64,000 nucleotides of DNA, taken from Eledone cirrhosa (lineage: Eukaryota). Shown here one piece after another: positions 25,313 to 40,274 of this stretch. Position numbers and translations under genes: made by a program. Each line of letters starts with the position of its first letter. Within the stretch, counting starts at the first letter, position 1. The notes below the pieces were generated by a model, which saw nothing but the letters and a program-made list of their open reading frames with translations, was not told the DNA's origin and ran no database searches. The DNA is taken from contig OZ024742.1 in assembly GCA_964016885.1 (NCBI GenBank), positions 69,192,001 to 69,256,000 of the forward strand. Reading direction: 5' to 3'.

Positions 25313-27717
25313 TTAAGTAACAGCCGTACTAAGAGTGAGAAATGAAATTTCGTTTCATTTTTTCCGTTTATCGTTTTCGGTACCCCGGGGCGATTAACTC
25401 ACTCGATTAACCACCCAAGCCAAAAACCAAATCAAGCTAAACAGGTCAAAACAAAATAAATGATAAATAATAAATGATAACCAGACCTGGACTCCCGGAA
25501 TTGCTGTTAAAATCCGATGTAGAGTTTCTGTGACACGTAAATCAAAATACAGTCTGCTTAAAAATATAAGCTTTGTGTATAATGATCGAACAAGGAATAT
25601 CACGTTATCAACAGGTAAGTGAATGACACGGTGGTAAGTTAACCCATGTTGGAAATCACAAGGGGAATAACCCCAGATTTTGGCAAATTAATTCAGTAGG
25701 TGTAAATCATGCACAAAATAGCATAAATAGCACAAATCGAATAAGTTCTGAACCGAGTGGTTTTAAAATAAACTTATACAATTAACCTGCCAATTGAAAT
25801 TATTAACAAGTTAATTGTAAGACACGGGATATATATATATATATATATATATATAATAATAATTAATAATATATACAATGATATTAAATAAATGGAAACT
25901 ATATTTATAAAACCATATTTATTTTATTATATATATTTCAAGGGCAACCAAGACCACATTGGTACGCTTTCATCAGATAAAATACAAAGTTTGTTTTATA
26001 AATAGAGACGTACCCATGAAAATCATACCTTATCGGTTGGAAATTCACTGGATAGTGGAAATATATTAGGGATTATTCAAACTTATGTGTGAATAGGCAA
26101 ATGAATATGTAAATAATTGAAAAACAACCGTTTATTTAAATGACACTGAAGAAAGAAAGAGAAGAAAGAGAGAGAGAAAAAAAAATATTAATATTACGAG
26201 AGAGATAGAGAGAAGAAATTAACAAGAGGATGAATAGAACTCATGTAACGTTAATATGGGGGAATACATTTTAAGTATATATCTACTAATGGTACTTATA
26301 TTTACGATTATTTAGTTGTTAAAATTCTTTTCTGATATAATATTTACTGTTATAAGTAGATAGAAAAATAAATATATATAAAATGTATATAAAACATTTA
26401 TGTTTGTCGGACTTCCAACAAATTAAATACAACTGCTACTAATAATATATATATATATATGTATATACGTACATATGTATATGTATATGTGTGTGTGTAT
26501 ATATATATGTGTGTGTGTACGTATGCTAACTTACATATATATATATGTACATTGTATTCCCCCATCCCTACACTGTAACAACCATTCCCTCCCCACTTGC
26601 TAGTCTATATATATTATATCATACAGCGTTATATATATATTTTTCTATAAACTTCTTTTCTATATGAATGCCACAATCTGTTTTGAAAACTGACATTATT
26701 CATTTCTCTCACAAGATGAAAGTAGCTACTTCGTACTCATTTTTTCTTATTATGTTGAAGAATCTAAACAATTGACAATATGATTGATGGTTAAATATAA
26801 TGATGTTACGTGATGTCAACCAGGCCCTGAGAACTGACTTTATTGTTTTGGTTTGGACAACAGTGAAAGTTTGATTCAAAAGGATGTGAAAAACGTACTT
26901 ATGGGTATATATAGAAGTAGTATTTTCTTGATTGTAGTCACTTGTTAACGGATATTAAAGAGGTTCACAACATTAAATTTGTTTGCACTGAAAAAAGGAA
27001 AACAGGTTTTATTTAAGGCATTTTAATATATCAAAAGCAAAAGCATTGGTTCATAAAATTACTGATGTTGGTAAATTTATTTTTTTAATTTTCCTATGTA
27101 CTTTATTATAAAAAAACGTGCAAGCATTCTAATCTGCGTTGAATTTCTTATCGTTTAGGGATCAGTAGGGAAACAGATTCATTTTCTTATATATCAAAGA
27201 AACATAGCCTAAGCACAAATTAAAATTTTATTTTATTTAGAAAACAATTTTCTAATTTAAAATCACAAATCATAATTCGTCAGACGATTCTTGTGAGTAG
27301 ATCTAGTCAATGATCTCCTGACGAATTCGATTTCATTGGATATAACGTTTTGTAAACAAGGTCGGTTGATTTAAGAGGCATTGGGAAATTTGAAATGATG
27401 TCCGTTATAATGCAGATACTCATAGATAATAAAGTACTTATGGAAACGGAAGCGAGTGGATAGATATGACTGTGGGAAATCGAACCACTTCTTGCATACC
27501 TTGCAAGCGTGTTTAATCATTACTCCAATGGGTTTCTGACCGATAATTACCGTCATTTTAGAAGATTGAGGCTTGTAGCTAGAATTATATGCAAAATTGG
27601 TTGATTTGTGATGCAGCGAGAACTTAGTGCTTTATCAAATTATGTTCATTGTTTCCTGTTGTATATATTTGCTTCAATCTCTTACTATTTTTTCCTTTTA
27701 TTGTGTAAAATCTCTCT

Positions 27718-27750
<33 letters not shown>

Positions 27751-28094
27751 CCCTCTCTCTCTCTCTCTTTATACATATATATATGTGTGTGTGGGTGTGT
27801 GGACCTGTTTTTTTCTCTGATTCCGTGTGTGGACCTGTTTTTTTTCTCTGATTCCGCCCTGCCCGTCCCTTAAATCTTTCTAATCTCTCATTCTTTCTTC
27901 TGGTGAAGGACTAGCGTCCGAAACATTCAGACCATCTCCCTGCTATTTCAAGCGTTAATATATTTCTTCCATATACTGTTCCATTTGTATTATTATTTCT
28001 GTGTACCTTTTGCACACACACACACATACACACACACATACACACACACATATATATATGTGTGTGTATGTGTGGCTTTCTGGACCAGATATAT

Positions 28095-28320
28095 TTTAAA
28101 AAGGCGTCTATATAAATTGCACATTAGATTTGTTGCAACTTAAACTGCGTTTGATGTCTGATCTTGATGCATCTTTAGACCTCCTTCAGCTTAGCAGATA
28201 TTGTGGAATATATGGCATTGATTCGGGTGAACAGGTAGGTACATTGTGTGCTCTTATGGGAGATTTATGTCCAGACTCAGATAGGCAGACTTTGCCGAAA
28301 AATTTACCAGCACATATAAA
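28095..28320 (-). mobile_element. Probable RTE 3'-end fragment (degenerate C2H2 zinc finger)
   Basis: Minus-strand translation GKVCLSESGHKSPIRAH resembles the CGKxCxSxxGLxSHxRxH tail of RTE ORF2. Confidence 0.45.
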
Positions 28321-28347
28321 TTATATATAAATATAAACATATATATA

Positions 28348-30390
<2,043 letters not shown>

Positions 30391-30394
30391 TATA

Positions 30395-31217
30395 CTAGCA
30401 GCTGAGCCAGGTTGCACCCGGGGCCACTTTTTATTAAGTTAATAATTTGAAAAATATTATTGAAAGTTTATTATAAAGAAGCAGTTTCAGGGGAAAAATA
30501 GAAATATGCACTTGGGGCTGGACGGCGTACAATGAGAAGTGAAGCAACGTGAAAAGCGTTGTTTATTAACAGCGAAATAGCAATGTGGATGATATGCAAT
30601 TTGAAAAATACTACTTACTGTTAGTAGTGGTTAACATGTATTAGAATTAAAATAAAAACACGCGTCCTTTCTTCGCAATTTAAGGGTTTTATTTCTTTTG
30701 ATGGAAAACAGTGACTGTACTGCAGAATCGATTTCATAAAACGGTACTGTATGATCGTTAAATGTAGAAGGATGATAGTTTATTAACAGCGAAATAGCAA
30801 TGTCGATGATATGCAAGTTTAAAAATGCATATTATGAAGGTTTGTATGATAGTTTACACTTTTTCCTGAAACTGCTTCTTTATAATAAACTTTCAATAAT
30901 ATTTTTCAAATTTTTAGTACTGTATGTTAACAGCGAAAGAACGTTGATGAGTTTAAAAATTTGTATGAAATTGTAAATAACTCAGCCAAGTATTGGAACA
31001 GGGGGAAATAACTCACCGAACGCGATAGTAAATAGACCGTTTGGGGGCCCTAGGGACCACATGTTTCAAGTTAGAGATTTGAAACCTCATCTATTTGCTT
31101 CCTTGGCACTTTTTGCATAGGTGTGTAAATTTTCATGTCCGTCCGACCACGTCTACTACCATTTAACCGTGCACATCTGAATTTCAACCACTACCCATTT
31201 CAAAAATATATATTAGA
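30395..31217 (-). mobile_element. Non-autonomous Helitron-like element
   Basis: The minus strand starts TCTAATATATA and ends ...CCCGGGTGCAACCTGGC...TGCTAG|T. An internal ~50-bp inverted repeat lies at 30447-30495 / 30863-30910. Confidence 0.65.
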
Positions 31218-31320
31218 TATATATATATATAGAGAGAGAGATCCCGGGTCAAATCGGGGATAACCACATTAAGTAAGGTACTCAATATATAGCAGAGTAA
31301 AAGTAATTTAATATAGAAAT

Positions 31321-31371
31321 GGCTTCTACAGGACTAGAAATGTTTCATTCGGAGGAAATCATCAGAAAGCC
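31321..31371 (-). ncRNA. Type I hammerhead ribozyme in a pLTR-like repeat; related degenerate copy at 9711-9746
   Basis: GGCUUU-CUGAUGA-UUUC CUCC GAAU-GAAA-CA..UG-UA-GAAGCC. Confidence 0.7.
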
Positions 31372-31799
31372 GACTGTCAATGTAAATTTCTGGTATTTAT
31401 ACATTTTGTCATGGTAAGGGAAGGGTAGTGGTTGGGGTGGGGAGGTAGATCATGGTGGGATTAAAGGATGGGGATTCTTAGAAAAAACAAAATTTATTTA
31501 GAGAAAGATGTTTAGTGGCAAGTTGCAATTGAAATAAACACTACCATATTCTATAGTACAATTTTGAACAAAAGCATATCAAGTAGTTGATCGAACATCT
31601 GTGGAAATGGTAGGTTAGTACAAGCACACACGCCAACACACGCGCGCACACACGCCAACACGCGCGCACACACACACATACGCACATAAATACACATATA
31701 CACATACAAATACATATATACAGACACACATACACACATGTGTATATATATACGTACATACACACATACATACACATACACATATATACATATATATAT

Positions 31800-32369
<570 letters not shown>

Positions 32370-32464
32370 ATTATATATATATACATATATATATATATAC
32401 ATACACATATATATATATATATACGTATACACACATATATATATACACACACACACTCTTACAC

Positions 32465-32495
<31 letters not shown>

Positions 32496-32574
32496 CACAC
32501 ATACATATATATATATACATACATATACACACACACACACACATATATATATACATACATATATACACACACAT

Positions 32575-32610
<36 letters not shown>

Positions 32611-32612
32611 GT

Positions 32613-32643
<31 letters not shown>

Positions 32644-32744
32644 CATACATATACACACACACATATATATATATATACACACGCACACATATATATATAC
32701 ATACATATATACAGACACACACATATATATATACATACATATAT

Positions 32745-32777
<33 letters not shown>

Positions 32778-32800
32778 CATATATATATACGCACACACAT

Positions 32801-32834
<34 letters not shown>

Positions 32835-33274
32835 TATACATATACATATATATATATACATATATATACATATACATATACATACACATAAATATACATA
32901 TACACGTACACACACATACATACATAGACTCACACATACATATATACATATATATACATATATATACATATATATATATACATATATATACATATACATA
33001 TATATATATACATATATATACATATACATATACATACACATATATATATACATATACACGTACACACACATACATACATAGACTCACAAATACATACATA
33101 TATACATATATACATATATATACATATATATACACATATATATATATACATATATATATATATACATATTTATACACATATATATATACATATACGTACA
33201 TATATATATATACATACATACACACACACACATATACACACATTTTTTACATATATATATACACATATATACAT

Positions 33275-33321
<47 letters not shown>

Positions 33322-33422
33322 CACGCACATATATATATACATACATACACACACATATATACATACATATACATACACATACATATACATACACACACAC
33401 ATATATATATATGCATACATAT

Positions 33423-33480
<58 letters not shown>
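32370..33480. repeat. 1.1-kb compound (TA)/(CA)/(TACA) low-complexity tract
   Basis: Direct inspection. Confidence 0.97.
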
Positions 33481-33481
<1 letters not shown>

Positions 33482-33907
33482 TGATCCCCTCTGGCTTCTC
33501 AACATTCTCTACCAGATATTTTGTTTTAGTCTCATTCATTCTCAGCCCCACACTCATCGACACAGTCTCACCCTCCCGCATCAAATCCTCTGCCTCCTTC
33601 ACTGTATTTGTAACCAAAACTATGTCGTCAGCAAATTCAGCATGCGATACCTTCAGCTCAAAAGTGAAACAGAGGAGACTGAGGTTGGCTGGACATGCTC
33701 ACCGACATCCAGAGTTGACATTGCACTCAGTGCTCCTTTGGGAGCCCCTACATGGACACACTAGAAGAGGAAGACCAAGGTTAACATATGTTGATGCCCT
33801 AAGGACAGACACTGGTCTGTTGGAGATGCAGGATATGGCAGCGATAATGAGGGACAGAGACCGCTGGAGAGAACTCGTCCATGGATCTCGGGAATTTTAC
33901 CCGCCTT

Positions 33908-33909
<2 letters not shown>
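33481..33909. mobile_element. RTE-like retrotransposon insertion with an inverted 5' segment
   Basis: Minus strand 33481-33640 gives [30 protein letters not shown] (RT core). Plus strand 33650-33909 gives [33 protein letters not shown] (RTE C-terminus). Confidence 0.85.
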
Positions 33910-33971
<62 letters not shown>

Positions 33972-33974
<3 letters not shown>

Positions 33975-35291
33975 AAAGTGACGTTTTTTTTACAAAATGA
34001 AAAATAACCGAGGTGTCCTACATGAATGAAAGTATAAAGAAAAAAGATGAAATCAAAAATGCAACTGGAGTCTTATTTAAAAAAAAATATATATATTTAT
34101 TTGGTTCTTTTACCGGTTTCGCAGTTCTTCTGCTTTTCAAAAGTAGAGTTGCGATGGAGGGTCTGTGGTTTTTCTCACATCTGGTTGGTCCCTGAATGTT
34201 ACTTGTTTTATATGGAAAAAAGTGGCTCGGAATGCCAGGTTTTTAGGGAAGTAATTTGATTGGTTGGTCAATAATTATAATAAATTTCGCCCCCATGTGT
34301 CCCCCCCCCCTTGTTTGAAGAACTTTGTCACGTGACAAAGTTCTTCAAACAAGGGGGGGGGGGACACATGGGGGCGAAATTTATTATAATTATTGACCAA
34401 CCAATCAAATTACTTCCCTAAAAACCTGGCATTCCGAGCCACTTTTTTCCATATAAAACAAGTAACATTCAGGGACCAACCAGATGTGAGAAAAACCACA
34501 GACCCTCCATCTCAACTCTACTTTTGAAAAGCATTTGTATACAATATCCTTTGTAAGGCATTTATTGCTGAAGGGGCATGCAGCCTTATCGTGGAGTTGC
34601 ACAGGACCTCAGTACCGGGATGGGTTTCGGAGGTAGTATACTTATTTAACTTAGTAATATTAATATTGGCTAAGTTCTTAGCTAGATTTGGTGTAGTGGA
34701 GTAAGAGAGTCTGATTGTATTCTTATTAAAGATGGTGTAGTACCTATGTTGGATGGGGAAGTGTTTGTGCAATAGAGTAAAGAAATTTTTTGCTATACCT
34801 CGCAGTTGAAGGGGGGGGGGGTTGTACCAGCTAATTTGCCTCTTCCTATTCCTCCTGGGTGGGCATGGGGCTATCCTGAGATAAGAGATCTTATCTTTAA
34901 AACCGCTACAGGCTAGGGCTTCGTTGTAATAGGGGGTCGCGGCCCTAAAGATATCCTCATTGGCGGAGAGGCCAGAAATCCTAAGGGAGACACTTTTAAC
35001 TAAATTATCTGTGAAGTTCTTGGGGTGATTCGAGTTAACGTCTATATATATAAGGGATTCGTTAGGTTTGTGGTACGGATAATAAAGGGAGGTTTCTAAA
35101 TCGAGAGTTACATCTAAGAAGTTGGCTTTAGTTAAACTCGAATCTATAGTTATTCTAAGGCCTAGGTTATTGAACAAAGCGTTAAGGTTTTTCCGAAACC
35201 CATCGGTAGTCCGGTGGTTAATTTTATGCAGGGCAAAGAGGCCGTCATCTCCGTATAATCCGCCTGTAAGGCATGTGAAGAGGGTTTTCAT
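33972..35291 (-). mobile_element. PLE fragment (RT palm/thumb to Cys linker) with a fold-back pLTR
   Basis: [44 protein letters not shown] and [15 protein letters not shown] ~400-bp palindrome spans 34131-34533, and an HHR-like motif lies at 34107-34143. Confidence 0.88.
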
Positions 35292-35316
35292 CCGGTTATA
35301 TGTGTTTATATGTGTA

Positions 35317-35373
<57 letters not shown>

Positions 35374-35582
35374 GTATATGTGTGTATGTGTGTATGTGTG
35401 TATATGTATGTATGTATATATATGTGTATGTGTGTGTGTGTGTGTATATATGTATGTATATGTATGTGTATGTGTATGTATATGTATGTATATATGTATA
35501 TATATGTATATGTGTGTGTATGTATGTATATATATATGTATATATATGTATATGTGTGTGTATGTATGTATATATATATATA

Positions 35583-35996
35583 TGTCCGGGAGAGATGACC
35601 CCTTAGCCTTTGTCAAGGCAGAATTCTAGGAGAAGGAAAACTCTGATATAACACCTGCAACCCTGATGGTATCCAATGATGTTGACATGTTCTTCTTTTT
35701 GGTAAATATCATCTTGGTTAAAAGAGTGGGACTGGCTTTGTGCAGTGCCTTTGCTCACTATAAAAGCTTCACGGCACAGGCATTGCTTTATATCTGGAGA
35801 TCTCTCTGCACTTGTCGTCACATGGTAACATGGGCCCAGCACTATGTGTCAATAATTGGCACAAGTGTAGTGTTTGTACCAGAGTTTTCATGTCGCTGGC
35901 TGGACTAAAGGGTCACACTCGTTCAGCACATCGGTAGGGGTTCTCCTACATGGATATAAAGTAGTGGCCGTACTCGAAAACGAGTTGGCAGCCACT
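35583..35996 (+). repeat. Non-coding repeat resembling an RTE 5' UTR; related copy at ~17580-17895
   Basis: Contains CTAGGAGAAGGAAAACTCTGA. Both copies share ACTCTGATATA..CTGC.ACC..ATCCAATGATGT and end with ACTCGAAAA.GAGTT.GCAGCCA. Confidence 0.55.
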
Positions 35997-36085
35997 ATAT
36001 ATATATGTATATATATATATATATGTATATATATGTATATATGTATGTATGTGTAAGAAGAAGAAGAAGAAGAAGAAGAACTTAC

Positions 36086-36253
36086 CATGGTCTTCATAGT
36101 TCTGGAACGTGTATATAATCTTTAGAATGAACGTTAGTCGGTATCTCCACATCACATACACCATGATAATGAGGACGATGCTGAGGATTAATGGAATGGC
36201 AAGAAAACCCAAGTAGCGTTTATCCCATTCCGTCACCAGAATATCCTCCTTTT
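36086..36253 (-). CDS. Transmembrane exon of an EGF-repeat type I membrane protein
   Basis: Acceptor TTCTTTTTAG|, donor G|GTAAGT, 168 bp, phase 1-1. Encodes EKEDILVTEWDKRYLGFLAIPLILSIVLIIMVYVMWRYRLTFILKIIYTFQNYEDH. An alternative in-frame acceptor lies at 36397. Confidence 0.8.
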
Positions 36254-36599
36254 CTAAAAAGAACATAATATTAATGACAGTTATTTTTGTGTGGGGTGCG
36301 GTACTAAAGGGTAACATATAGAAGAAATGTCCATTCGAGCAAAGGTTAGGTCTAAGTGCAAGTAGGATGAAACTAGTTTCCATCAGAGAAGAGATCACTG
36401 AAATGTTAAGCGACAGAAAAGAGGATTCAGTTTAATCTTGTAGAAATTGCATCGGTGACGCCAGAATACACAATTTAATGTATGTATATAACGTTTCAAC
36501 AATAGGACAGAAGTAACCCAGACAGCCATACTCATTACTCATGACTCCAAGATTAGCAGGAAATTAATCGTGTTGGCTCTTATGGGAATGAATCTTTTC

Positions 36600-36925
36600 T
36601 CTCGTGGTGCAGCCTAAAAGATGAAAGCTATCAAACAATGTCTCCACCAAACCCTTGCAGTTTGCAGCCTTTTGCTGCCCCGAAATCCTTTTACAAAAGA
36701 CACAAATGAATTCCATTCTATTTTTTCTACCTCAGTCATCAAGCTCGAGACGTTTTGATATTTCATTAACTTTCTGATTTGTTTCCCGTCAAAAACACCA
36801 GCCTTTATTTTATCATAACTTAGGCCAGGAAATGTTGTACATATGAATTTGTTACCTTCCACATTAAGAGTTTTGACAAACTACTTCATTAGTCCTAGTT
36901 TAATATGAAGGGGTGGGAAGATGGT
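36600..36925 (-). mobile_element. Sola2-like DNA transposase fragment
   Basis: IFPPLHIKLGLMK*FVKTLNVEG..FPGLSYDKIKAGVFDGKQIRKLM..WNSF, a motif typical of Sola2 transposases. Confidence 0.65.
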
Positions 36926-37004
36926 TTTATCTCGCCCGGTGTATGATATTCTTCTCCTCAGCAGACAAATTGTAGCATATTCTTCTTTTTAAGAATGGTA
37001 ATGC

Positions 37005-37222
37005 AGGAGCAAGTGTAGGGCGTAATTCTAAAAAGTGTCGGAGAGCGCGGAGGCCGTCATCATGAAGGATGACGGTAAAAAGAAAGGTGAAGTCCAGGAT
37101 AAAGAGAAGGCGAGAGGGGCCAGGAGGGAAGGAGAAGGAGTTAAAGAGTCTAAGGGCATGATTGGTATCGTGGATGTGAGAGGGGAGGTTGACGACTAAC
37201 GGGGCGAGAATGGTATCTAAGT
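37005..37222 (-). mobile_element. PLE RT fragment (Neptune-type)
   Basis: YLDTILAPLVVNLPSHIHDTNHALRLF..LLFILDFTFLFTVILHDDGLRALRHFL. Confidence 0.8.
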
Positions 37223-37233
37223 ATATATATATA

Positions 37234-37640
37234 TATATATAAGCTTTCACCGTGTTTTTGACTAAAGAAATGTTTAGCCTGATAGCGGGGTTTAGAACCC
37301 TCGGAGAAATGGAAAAAGATGAGTATTGACGTACATGGGAGTCGAACCCACATCTTTGGTTATCCAGACCACTGTGCTACCATTACACCAACACACCACC
37401 CATCTCTTTCCATTCAAATACCTACTTGTCATTTACTTGCTAAGAATGTAGCTTCTAATTTGAATGGAAAGAGATGGGTGATGTGTTGGTGTAATGGTAG
37501 CACAGTGGTTTGGATAACCAAAGATGTGGGTTCGACTCCCATGTACGTCACTACTCATCTTTTTCCATTTCTCCGAAGGTTCTAAACCCCGCTATCAGGC
37601 TAAAAATGTCTTTAGTAAAAAATACGGTGAAAGCTTATAT
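37234..37640. repeat. Fold-back element (~185-bp arms, 38-bp spacer) with a tRNA-like unit in each arm
   Basis: 37234-37419 is the reverse complement of 37458-37640, with few mismatches. Confidence 0.92.
37480..37550 (+). ncRNA. tRNA-like cloverleaf (GGA at the anticodon position), probably repeat-borne; mirror copy at 37327-37397 on the minus strand
   Basis: Acceptor GATGTGT/GTACGTC, D-arm GTGT-AATGGTA-GCAC, anticodon arm TGGT-TTGGATA-ACCA, T-arm GTGGG-TTCGACT-CCCAT, and a T-run about 9 nt downstream. Confidence 0.6.
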
Positions 37641-38202
37641 TTCTAATTTCAAACTAGCTCACTGTTTCAAAACATACTTACTCATATATATATATATATA
37701 TTATATATATATTATATATATATATATATATAAAAGGGCAATAACTCTATCATAGCTTTGTATGTGAAATACATGAAGTTGTATATCTGGCGATATACGG
37801 TATGTTTATAGATAAACACTTAGAAAGCGTTTCAGCTATGGATTTGAAAACTGATAGCGTAGCGCCATCTAGCGTGTTTCAACAGAAGCTAAGTTCGAGC
37901 AACTAGTGGTGATGACAGCATCATTTCTGACTTTTGGTCGTTATCAAACTGGTGCTCCCGACCGCTGAGTGCTGGAAAACAATATCAGCTAAAACATATA
38001 GTTTAGAAGCCTATTTACATTGACTGATCTGCCAAATTTGCATATAGAGTAACGGCTGACTCTGCTAGACGAATTACATATATTCAATAAGAACGTCAAC
38101 CGTATAAATCTGACCAATTTGAGCTGGCCAACGAAATACATGGGCGCTGACATTTTCCCATTCTATGCAATAAAAAGTATAACTAAATTTGAACTGTAAA
38201 AC

Positions 38203-38791
38203 CTTTTTCAGTGCAATTTGAACTTGGTAAAAACATTCCCTGACATGCGCACATTTCCTCTCCATTTCGTATGATACAGTCTCCGTTAGAACAGTTGCGG
38301 GAACATTGTATATTACATGTCTGTCCAATCCATCCATCATCACATTGACATTGAAACATCTCTTCAGTTAATTTTATACAGTTGCCGTGAACACAAACCA
38401 GCACATGGCATTTTTCACGATCGCATTGCCTTCCTGTATATCCAGGTTCACATTTGCATTCTGACTTGCAGCTTTCATTATAAAATGTGCAATTACCATG
38501 ATTGTTGCATGTATCTTGTGTACATTCGTTTCTGCATGTTTTTGTGATGTTATTCTTTGACTGTTCGCAAGTTTTACCGTCGAAATTTTGCAGGCAGATA
38601 CATTTTATCGCACAATTGGTATCAGATTCACACGTCCCTCCGTTCTCGCAAGGATTACCGAATGAGCATGGGTTGAAGCTGCATATTAATGTTTCGTAAA
38701 CAGGGAAACATGCAATGAATGTAATCGCATATACAAACAACTTTAAAAATGACATTTCCAGTTTGTATTTTGTTTTCAAATAATTATCCAT
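38203..38791 (-). CDS. Signal peptide plus four EGF-like repeats, exon of a type I membrane protein
   Basis: Hydrophobic leader MSFLKLFVYAITFIACFPVYET, then CENGGTC..CICLQNFDGKTC, CNNHGNC..CKCEPGYTGRQC, CVHGNC..CQCDDGWIGQTC and CSNGDC..CAC..C. Upstream acceptor TTTTTGCAG| at 38808; phase-1 donor AG|GT at 38202 is compatible with the TM exon. Confidence 0.9.
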
Positions 38792-39768
38792 CTCTGCGTT
38801 GAGAAATCTGCAAAAATCAAAGAAACTCCGTAAAAAAGGTTTTCATTTCAAAATAGAAGAAAAATAGATGAAGATGAAGTGTAAATTAGACATTGTGTGT
38901 CAATACTCGTGAAAAATACATCGTAATATAAATCCGTGTAAGAAATTATAATTTATTTGAAGTATTGCTGTTTAAGTATGTATAAATAGGAAGGTACTGA
39001 AGGACACTTCACATTGCTGGGTTGGGGAACACTTTATTTATTACACGCTAAGAGCCTGTTACAGCTAAAATTGTGAACACGCTTATTTTCTCTAAACTTA
39101 TATTGTTAAATGACATCTATTTCCAAATAAGATTGTCAAAATTAACTTTAAACCCTTGTCAGAAGTGTTTAGTACTAATATTACTAAACCTCTAGATCCG
39201 TATTTCTGTTTGGATGTTTCTGAAATTTGGCGAAAGCAGTTCATCGTACTGCAAAACTTTTTCGACTAACGCATTTTAATTACAATCCCGTTTTCTTTAA
39301 ATAACTTACAGCACATTACTCGCACTGGAAATAATTTTTTCTTGTATAAATGAGTAGAAAAACGAAATCAGTAGAAAAAAATGAAAGCGAGATACTATAA
39401 ATAAATTCAACTAACCACACACAATAACAAACACACAAACACACAGAGGCAAACTATACAACGACGTATTCAAATGAACACATACACATGCACACGCTGA
39501 AACACGTGCGCAAATGCACGCACAGACAAATAAATACGAAAAGTAACAGACACATACACACAAAGCACAAAACTTAAATACAGAGACATATGTGGTTATT
39601 TGACCGACGAGTTTGCCTCTACGAAATAGGTCACTCTACAAAAATTATGAACCTCAGAACAAAGGAGTGGCACATTTGCCAACATATCCTATTTATACAA
39701 TCACATATCTTAATTCTACAATTACATGGGATGATCACACCTAAAATGCTTTAGATTATCAGTCTCCT

Positions 39769-39821
<53 letters not shown>

Positions 39822-39825
<4 letters not shown>

Positions 39826-40270
39826 ATGTATGACCCCGACGGCAGAGCTCAAGCCGTTTCGACGGCTATTTCTGGACTAAAGTAGAATTTTTAGTGGTAA
39901 ATAAATAGCCGAAGTTTTCAAGGGGTAATTCCTTTTATGGGAAGATTGTAGTTGTCAAGAGGATTGGTCAAAATTTCTTTTAAACACAATTAAGTCTATC
40001 ATGGCAGTGGATGGGAGGTGGGGGTGGCTGAACTTGCATGTAGAACAATGAGGGAGTGGGTGGAGCCGGTCAAGCGTGAAAGTAAATTCTGTACAGCTAT
40101 TTATTTACCACGCTAAAAATTCTAATTTAGTCCAGAAATAGCCGTCGAAACGGCTTGAGTTCTGCCGTCGGGGTCATACATTTTCCTATTACCCTCTCTA
40201 CTACCTTAAGTATTGAGTACTCTGGTGTGTTATGGTCCATCTGGTTCCTTACCACAACTCCTTCGTTATA
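39822..40270. repeat. Fold-back element (arms 39822-39909 and 40096-40185) containing a long-stem-II HHR (39830-39929, minus strand)
   Basis: AUUACCCC-UUGAAAA-..CGGCUAUUU...AAAUAGCCG..-GAAA-CGGC..GCCG-UC-GGGGUCAU; the core is mutated relative to CUGANGA. Confidence 0.8.
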
Positions 40271-40274
40271 TATA

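Noticed and set aside
27240-27660. Possible next (TIR) exon of the EGF gene in this unique-looking sequence
   Set aside because: The frames I translated gave no TIR box motifs and no convincing splice-site pair.
35946-36398. Stand-alone 150-aa membrane protein ORF
   Set aside because: The ORF runs through a strong G|GTAAGT donor into (TTC)n and TA repeats; it is better explained as an internal exon.
37480-37550. Functional tRNA-Ser(GGA) gene
   Set aside because: It has no long variable arm, has U at position 37, three G-U pairs in the acceptor stem and a mismatch at the top of the anticodon stem, and sits in a mobile-looking inverted repeat. It is kept only as tRNA-like.
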